Assembly: GCF_009914755.1 (NCBI RefSeq)
Contig: NC_060927.1
Direction: 5' to 3' (one strand)
Length of the DNA: 64,000 nt
Origin: the human T2T-CHM13v2.0 reference genome, Homo sapiens
The notes beneath the pieces are model-generated. The model made no database searches, was not told the DNA's origin, and saw only the letters and a program-made list of their open reading frames with translations. Each line of letters begins with the position of its first letter. Within the stretch, counting starts at the first letter, position 1. Positions 54,301 to 64,000 of the stretch are shown one piece after another. The position numbers were made by a program, and so were the translations under genes.

Positions 54301-54608
54301 AAGCCGGATGAATGAGTGCTACAGGACAGTGCCTCCTAGTGCTGTGGCCCCAGAGGCAGGGATGTACCTGTGACATCCAAGAGAAGCTGGAACCCCTCCA
54401 CCTCCCATGCCCAAGTCTGGGCACAGCCACAACTCATTGCCTAGAACATATCCCATTCCTCCACCACAGGACTAGAGTCAGATTTTGGTAAAGAAAGAGC
54501 ACTCTCAGATGGCCTTGAAAGTCATCTCTAATACAAAGTTGAATATGTCACAAATAATCGCTAAGTATTTAAGGAAACAAATATTGAGAAAGAAAGGAAC
54601 AAAACTTA

Positions 54609-55118
<510 letters not shown>

Positions 55119-55211
55119 CTATAATAATAAGAGTAAAAGATGGAGAGAACAGACAAAATGAATGAGAAAAAAATCAAAAACACAATATAAGATAATATCC
55201 TAGTGCCAGAA

Positions 55212-55509
55212 TTTTTTTTTTTTTTTTTGAGACAGAGTCTCACTCTGTTGCCCAGGCTGGCATGCAGTGGCATGATCTCGGCTCACTGCAATCCCTGCCT
55301 CCCGGATTCAAGCAATTCTCTGCCTCAGCCTCACAAGTAGCTGGGATTACAGGTGCCCGCCACCACACCTGGCTAAGTTTTTTGTATTTTTAGTATAGAC
55401 AGGGTTTCACCATCTTAGCCAGGCTGGTCTTGAACTCCTGATCTCGTGATCCACCCACCTCAGCTTCCCAAAGTGCCGGGATTATAGGCATGAGCCACTG
55501 CGCCCAGCC
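55212..55509 (-). mobile_element. AluS (Sg/Sc-like)
   Basis: TSD tagtgccagaattttt at 55201 and 55510. Confidence 0.95.
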
Positions 55510-56381
55510 TAGTGCCAGAATTTTTAGATTGAAAGGGCACACCAGGTTTCTAAGCAAAATGAGTGGGAAGAAACAAATCAACCCTAGATATATTCTAGCC
55601 AAATTTTGGAAAACGAAGGCAAAAACAATATAAAAGCTTCTAGAAAGAAACCAAAGATTATGTACAAAGGAGAAAGAACAGAACAATAATAAACAACAAG
55701 CTTCTGGTTGGCAATAATGGCCTCAAGAGACAATGGAATAGTATAGTATCTTCAATGTTATGAGGGAAAATAATTTTGAACCCAGAATTCTGTACCGACT
55801 CAAGTGATCATTGAAAGGCAAGATCAAAATAAAAGTATTGCAGGATACAAAAGTCTGCACAATTCTCACTATAAGAATTCCTGAAAGCTCTAATCTTTAA
55901 AATGAAAAAGGAATACAATGGGAATTCATAAGAAAGAGAAACATTCTTGAGTAAAGAAAGAAAATTTAAAATTAAATCTCAATAATTGTTGGACTATAAA
56001 AAATCAATATTATGCTAGATCCCAACCCCCAAATGATCCCTATGTAGGATGTGGGTAGTAGGAAGTTATTGTTTTCGTTATTATAAATAAGGGAGACTAT
56101 AGATAGCTTAATTTTAGATATACAAAAATGTTTATTGTGTTGTTTGGACTATAGCAATAAGTGTGAACTGCTTTTGGAGTTTGAAAGGAAAATCAACAAG
56201 ATATGAATAAGAAGAAAAAGAAAACACTCCTTCATTAAAATGGGAATAACATTCTTAGCGAACATCTCAATTGCTGAATAATTCCTTAACTTCCTTCTAA
56301 CATCTGTTGGTTGACTATCTAAATGAGAGTAAGAATGGGCAATATTTACAAGGCTTAATGCTCAGGCCCCACTCCACATCA

Positions 56382-56698
<317 letters not shown>

Positions 56699-57442
56699 TC
56701 TCTAGAGGTGGGACCCAAGCATCAACAAGTTTTAAAATTCCCCAGGTGAGTCCAGTGCAATGTGAAGCTGGGTTTGCTAACCAGAAGAATAGAGAACAGG
56801 TCCTTCAAGGGAAAAGGTCTCATTTCAGGTGGGACTAGATGGCAGAGTGATAGTGGGAGGGTCCCTGTACCCTCAGACATTCATTTTGAAATCTCGCGTC
56901 TCTCTGAGTTGTGAGAGCTGGTATGGAGGAGCTCCGCAGGCCCTGCCAGAGCTGAGGAACCCCAATTCTGTAAGACCAGTCTCAGAAAAAATAGAATCCA
57001 CTTACTCTCTTCTAAAATGTTCCACATGGACCCACATGAGTGCGGAGCTCACCTGTTCCTGGTGGTCAGAACTGGTACCCATCCTGCTGCTCTGTTTGTG
57101 CAGGTGCAACCAGACATGGGGCCCTTCTCTTTAGGAATTTGTTAGGCATTTGTCCACAGCCATGGGTCAAAAAGCCCAGGAAGATGTTCTCGGTTTACAA
57201 TAGTGGTCAGGGCCCTTGCTCACAGCTACTGGTCCCAGGGCCAAGACTTGCCCAGCTTAAAATTCCTTTTCCTCTCCTCCCTGCCTGCTCAGGATCTACT
57301 CAGCTTCTCTGGGAAGATATCACTCCTTTCTCTGAACTTCTGGTCTCTTTTTTTAATTGTCTTCCATTATTACTTAAATATTTGCTATCTTGGCTCCTAA
57401 GTGGATGTGCCCTTCCTATCTGGCATTTCTTTTGAAATTCCC

Positions 57443-57799
57443 TGTATTAGTCCATTTTCACACTGCTATGAAGAAATACCCCAGACTGGGTAATTTATAA
57501 AGGAAAGAGATTTACTTGACTCACAGTTCCACATGGCCAGGGAGGCCTCAGGATACTTACAATCACAGTGGAAGACGAAGGGGAAGCAAGCATCTTCTTC
57601 ATAAGGCAGCAGGAGAGAGAAGAGCAAAGGAGAAACTTCCAAACACTTAAGAAGCCATCAGATCTCATGAGAACTCACTAGCTATGATGATAGCAGCATG
57701 GGGGAAACTGCCCCCATGATCCAGTCACCTCCCTCCCTTGACATGCAGGGATTACAATTCGAAATGAGATTTGGATGGGGCACAAGCCAAACCATATCA
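57443..57799 (-). mobile_element. THE1/MSTA MaLR solo LTR
   Basis: tgtattagtccattttcacactgctatgaagaaatacc...gccaaaccatatca; TSD ttccc / ctccc. Confidence 0.9.
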
Positions 57800-59947
57800 C
57801 TCCCCCAAACACTTGTTTGGTTCCAATGTCCAGTGTAATGAAGAAGCATTTAAACCTGCCGTCTCTGCATGTGCTCCCACTAGAACCCACCAGTGTGTGT
57901 GTCAGTCTCCTGAACCATTCGCTTCTTTTCCTCTTTGCTGATATTTGTATTCCGTCAGACAATTTAGGTACAATTTGTGTTTGACATGATGAAATGCACA
58001 TGCCTTTACATGGCATGAGCTCTTCCCCATCCAGCACTCATCAGCCTCATGAAACACCACACCCTCTGCCTTCCAGTTAAAATGGATTCTCCAGCCACCT
58101 CTCTAAGGCTCTGCACATTTGCTGGGAGAACATGCCACTCAACCTAGTTCTCCATTCATCATCTCTAGAAGCCTTCATGGACTCCCCATTCAGAGCTGAG
58201 CTCTCCTATCTCTGTGTTCCCTCACCATTGTGTTCCTCCTTCATGGCGCAGTCATCACGATGGTAATTTCTGTTGTTAAACCACAGGAAACTAGAAAACA
58301 GAGGTCAAGTCTCTGTCTTCACGTGTGACTAGCACAGTGCCTAATGAAGATAAATATTTATCAGCTGAATGAATGAATCAATGATTGATTGATTCTTAGA
58401 TGACTAAAATCATCTAAGACCCCAATTGACAAAGGAAAGCAAAGATCTTGAGCTGGGCTAAAAACCAGAGTTTAACATGAGAATCTGTTAAATGCTTACT
58501 CCCATTTACGTCTCTTCAGCCCAAAAGATTCAGATTCAGTAGGACCAAGGCAAGGCCTGGCAAACACATTTTTAAAAGCCTCCCAGTTGAGCCTAATTTA
58601 TCAGCTCTGGCGACCTGCTGATGACTTGAGGATTCTTCTTTGGGAAAGTCTGTGCTTTTGCCTTTCTCCCAGGGCTCAGGGACAGGAACAATGTGGCAAG
58701 AATCACTGGATCTGTTTGGCCCCTCACTCTCTAGGGAGGCTGAAGAGGCCACTTACTTCTCTAGCATTCTAACCCTGCATAAGTAAAACCATTTACAGCC
58801 TGACTCCCATGGAGGGCTGTGTCCTAGGCAAGACAGTCCTGTGCCCAAGCAGAATGCAGAGCCACGGAGCCTAGCCTGAGATTTGCATTTTGGCTAACTT
58901 CTAAATCCAAGAGGATTTGAGGAAAATAGAGCAACATTTTGCTATTAGGGTCCTGTCATCTCATTACTGCTTGATGTGATTGACAACCCTGGTATGAGCA
59001 GTCTGCCTTTCAGCCTCCGTCTTTTTCTAATGAGTATTGACTCAGTGTTTTCCTTTAATTAATATTCATTGCGATAAAAAATGGCACTCATTCACTTTTA
59101 ATTATACCCTTCTTGCATAAACAGGCTTTTAATAACAGATCTTTTAGGGTGAAAAAACAAGCTCTCTGCTCCCAGCTTTGTCTGATGCCAGGAAAGCAGC
59201 CTCTGTTATTGATAAAGGGGATTTCAATTTGTTACTTGGTGCAGTGGAAGGAGCTGTGGGTGGAAAGTTAGCTCTTCTACTTCTAGCTCCAGCTCTGCAA
59301 AAGGTATTGGAGGTTCTTGGGCTAACTCCGTTCCCCCTCGCGCCTCAGCCTTTGTATCTGAAAAATGGTGATTGAACCAGATCAGTGGTTCTCATCCATT
59401 ACTGTATATTGGGATCACCTAGGGAAATTATTTAAAAATACCAAAGACCAGGCCACATTCCAGACCAACTACATGAAAATCACTATGAGTAGGACCAAGG
59501 CACCACTATTTTAAAAAAGATTTCCAGATGAAAATTCTTAAATACTGAATACTTCAGGATTGATAACTGCTGATATGGGCATCACTCTCACCAGACTTCG
59601 AGTGACTTGGGGCTGCTGCTTGGGTTTCGGATCACACAGGACCCAGGAGAGAGGCTGGGCTCGGCCTCATGCAGCAGCTCAGCTCTGCTCTGTGTTGCTC
59701 TGTGCTGAGGGATCACTGCCTGTGGAGGGCTTAGTGGTCTACTCTCAAAGAGGAGAGGAGAGGAGAGGAGAGGAGAGAATAATATTCGTGAGCACCAGCT
59801 ATGTGTCAGACACATTCAACATTTCATCTGTCTGTCATCAGATATGTGTATTTCATGTCCGCTATGTTCCAGGTATGGGGGATTTAACAGTGATGAGTTA
59901 GGCAGTTTTTGTCCTCATGGCACTTATGAAATAGTAAGGGAGAAAGA

Positions 59948-60284
<337 letters not shown>

Positions 60285-62548
60285 TGAAAATTACACAAGT
60301 TTAAGGAGTTGCAAAGGAAAAGTACAGGTTGCTATCAGAGCACAGAAGAGTTGCGGGGGAATGTTTGTGAGGGAGACCTTCTTTAGGAAGCAACACTTAA
60401 GACCTAAGGCCAGAGGACAGGAAGTTCATTCAGTTAATAGATGGGGAGGAGCATTTGAGTCAGCTAATGCTCCTGCAAGGCAGAGGTTGCCACTCTTATT
60501 TTACAGATGAGCAAACAGGCCCAGAGAGGCTCAGTGCTTTTCCTGAAGTCCGGAGAAACCGCTGTGGTTCTTTTCAGCCCTGAGGGATATTAGCAACCAC
60601 TGAAATCACATGTGGGGCAGAAATGGACAAAATGACTGGCTGCAGCTGAACACTGTAGGAATAAGCTTGGAGTAGGGAAGGATAGAGTAGGCAGCCTAGA
60701 GGCAGAAAATGCCACCTGCTCCGCTGCACAACAGGCCACATGTAGTCCTGGGAAGCCCATCATGCTGTCCAACACGAATTCAGGATGGGAAGGAGTTCTT
60801 TGTGAGGCAGGTGGCATGACAAAAGGAAGGGTCTGACAGCCAGTGATAGCTGCATAATCCCTGCAGGTGGTCAGAGCAGGGCAATCTTTCCATTAGCAGC
60901 AGGTCTCCCATCAGCCTAGGGTTCAGACTCTGAGAAAAGCCAGACAATGCCTTTCCAAGCAGAGCTGGACAAGGCCATCATGCAGCTCTCCTAGGGAATG
61001 AGGTGAGCACCACATCTTGATGTCTGGGTGGAGTTTAGATGTGACTGAGACAAGAGATCAGAGCCAGTTCGGGGCTCGGAGGACTTGACGCTGAGGTCCA
61101 GAGCTTGGGCCTGAGGTGGTTTAAGTGCCTCAGCCTAAGGATAGGGTCAGTGCTGAAGGTTGCATCCAGCCTTATCCTAAGAGAGGGGTCCTATAGTTCT
61201 AGCAGTGGAGGGAGAAGGTATGCAGAGGTGGGAGGCAGGCAAAACTTGACCGTCCATTCCAATGGTTCTCAGTGGGCGTGAGAACCATTCCTTTCTCTAG
61301 AGAATCTGCTTCAGCATATCTGGGGTGGAGAATGGACATCTTTACAAAGCTCCACTGGCAATTCTAATGCAAAATTTTAGTTGAGAATAACTGATCTAAA
61401 TCAACGTTTTCAGTTTTCAGATGAAACTGTGGCCTGGAGAGACGTGACTTGCCTAAGGTCACATGAAGATCAGAGTCAGAAATGGGATTAAAACCCTGTT
61501 TTCTTCCTTCCCAGTTCAGTGTGCCTTAATGTTTGTGCTAGAAATTAACATTAACAGCAGTAAAAATAGCTCTTAAAATGCACTTGCCGTTCACAAGGTG
61601 TTTCCGTGCTTTTGATATCATCTGATCTTCCCAACCAGGGCTTATTTATGCCTAGGTAAGGGGTAAGCAAACAGAGGCTGTGTGAAGTGAAATGATTTGC
61701 TTGCACAAGGTCATATGGCTGGGCTTGGACGAGAACTTATCCCTCTTTCCTAGTCCTGAGATCTTTTTCCTGCTTCAAGCATCAGATTATAAAGCTAGGC
61801 TTTAGGCTTTTGTCCCAAGAGGCAAGACCTGACCTTTCTCAATCTGGATGGTCTAATGGCCTCTAGTCCATTTCCTGTGCCTGCCACCAGCAAGCCCTAA
61901 TGGAGCACAGCAGTAAGGCCAAAGGGGAGCCTTGTAATTAGTGGCCCAGAGGCATAAGTGATGTTTGGACAACCGGCTGGCCGGCTGCAGTGCATCTGGC
62001 ACCCCCAAGGGCTCCAGAAACCAGAGCCAAAGTGCCGAGGACATCAAACTCAAGTGTCACCAAGGCCTGAGCTCAGCTGCTCCCTCAGTATTTGCAAAAT
62101 GTCCTGCCCACACTCTTCCTCACATCTTCCCTTGGTCATTTTCAGGAGCAGATGAGCTGAGGTTACATGCAGCTGATCCCAGACCTGCTGGTTAATTATC
62201 TTGGCCTGTAATTAGTGTTTCCTATTCCTCATGCCTTGCCAACTCATGAAGTTAATGTATCATTTCTGTCTCTGCAGAAACTCCTTTGGGAGGGCTCTGA
62301 GGTGGCCACAAAATAAAACTCTCTGGCAGCGGCAGACTTTTGAAGATGTTCCATCTGCTGACTGTCCCATCACCCTGAGCCAACCCCTTGGCATCATCCC
62401 TGGTTCTTTTCTCCATGTCAAACTCTACACCAGTCATCAGGTCTTGCCAAGGTTCCCTCCTGAACATTTCTTGGAGGTAACTTTGTTTCTCCATCTTTAT
62501 GTCCTTTGATTTGCTCAGCACTCACTGTCTCTCACTTGGACCTCTTAG

Positions 62549-62932
<384 letters not shown>

Positions 62933-63269
62933 CAGAGAAATCTTTCTAAACTGCCAGTTTGGCTGTGTCACTCTCCTACCTCAAGTCTAGCTGCGTGAGT
63001 TTCACATATAATGCCCTCTGCAATACAGCCTGCCTGTTTTTCTACCCTCTCTTCCACCTGGCTTTTATACTGTACTAATTCAGAACTGCTGTATTTACTC
63101 CCTCTTCTCTCCTGTGCATATCCCAACACATATGTACATGTGCATACACACATGTCTTCTCACATATGTACACACACATCATCCATCCATCTGCTCCATG
63201 ATCAGGAGGACAGAAGAGGGGATAGAAAGGGGACTTTACTGCCTAAAGCAAACACCCTCAGTGCCAACA

Positions 63270-63560
63270 TGAGGAATGGGAGAACAGACTCATTCTATGT
63301 GGACTTGGAGACAGGACTGAAAACTGTGAGTTCATTTCAATGTAAAGAATCATTACTTGACAATTGAAGTTGTCTGAATACATGGCGGGCGCCCCGGGAA
63401 ATAGTGAGCGTGCCGCTGGGATAACTCAGCACAGCCTGTCTGTCTCAGATGCTTCAGGTGCAGTTCTCACTCCGGGCATCACCTGGGAGTCAGTGACCTT
63501 CAGGTGACATTCTGATTGCATGATTCTATAAATCTCTGATAGAAAGTCCAGATCCAATTC
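63270..63560 (+). mobile_element. Probable L3/CR1 3' fragment
   Basis: acatggcgggcgccccgggaaatagtgagc resembles the CR1 3' motif. Confidence 0.4.
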
Positions 63561-64000
63561 CGCTATTTCCAGAAAAGACTTTCCTGTTTGAGGAAATCTC
63601 TCACCTCCCCAAACATGGTGCTCCCATGTAATCTACTCATGGGGGTGGATCACACAGTCATAATCCACTCTGTTATCTCCTCTTCCCACTAGCTTATGAC
63701 AAGAATCTGAGCCCAAGAGAGAAGAAGGGATTTGCCTAAAATTACAGAACTGCTAAGGGAGCATAATTAGGGTTCCTAACCATTAGAAACCCCCCCACCC
63801 GCACACACATACACTCCACACACTTCCCCTACATGGCCAGTCTGCATTAGACACTGAAAGCTTTACCACACACAACCCCACGCTCGAATTGCTTCCTATG
63901 TTCAGTGGAGTCACACTTGCTCTCATTTAACTACCTGAGCTTGATGGGGAAGAAGAGCAGGAAAGTAATTTGAACAGTTTGGGGAGGCCGCCTGACCTTC

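Overview
Primate genomic DNA, most likely human chr3q27. It holds the 5' end of MASP1 (MASP-1/MASP-3/MAp44, lectin complement pathway) on the minus strand. Exon 1 carries only 5 coding nt (ATGAG at 17069-17065). Exon 2 (11497-11266, 232 nt) encodes the signal peptide and the first half of CUB1. Bases 1-11265 are intron 2; exon 3 is not in the window. The ~47 kb upstream of the gene has no recognisable protein-coding gene. It is dominated by Alu, L1, L2, MIR, LTR (MLT/MST/THE1/MER4/LTR47-like) and DNA transposon fossils, often nested. I do not see a convincing new multi-gene system. The most interesting items are: a ~1.05 kb compound minisatellite whose units resemble a 3' splice site plus Kozak ATG; a tail-to-tail inverted Alu pair with shared non-consensus variants; a Ricksha/MULE transposase fossil with TSD; a frame-preserving candidate cryptic MASP1 exon in intron 2; a 3x34-bp promoter repeat; and a CTCF-like site with upstream motif. 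Repeat subfamily names come from remembered consensus sequences and need RepeatMasker/Dfam confirmation.
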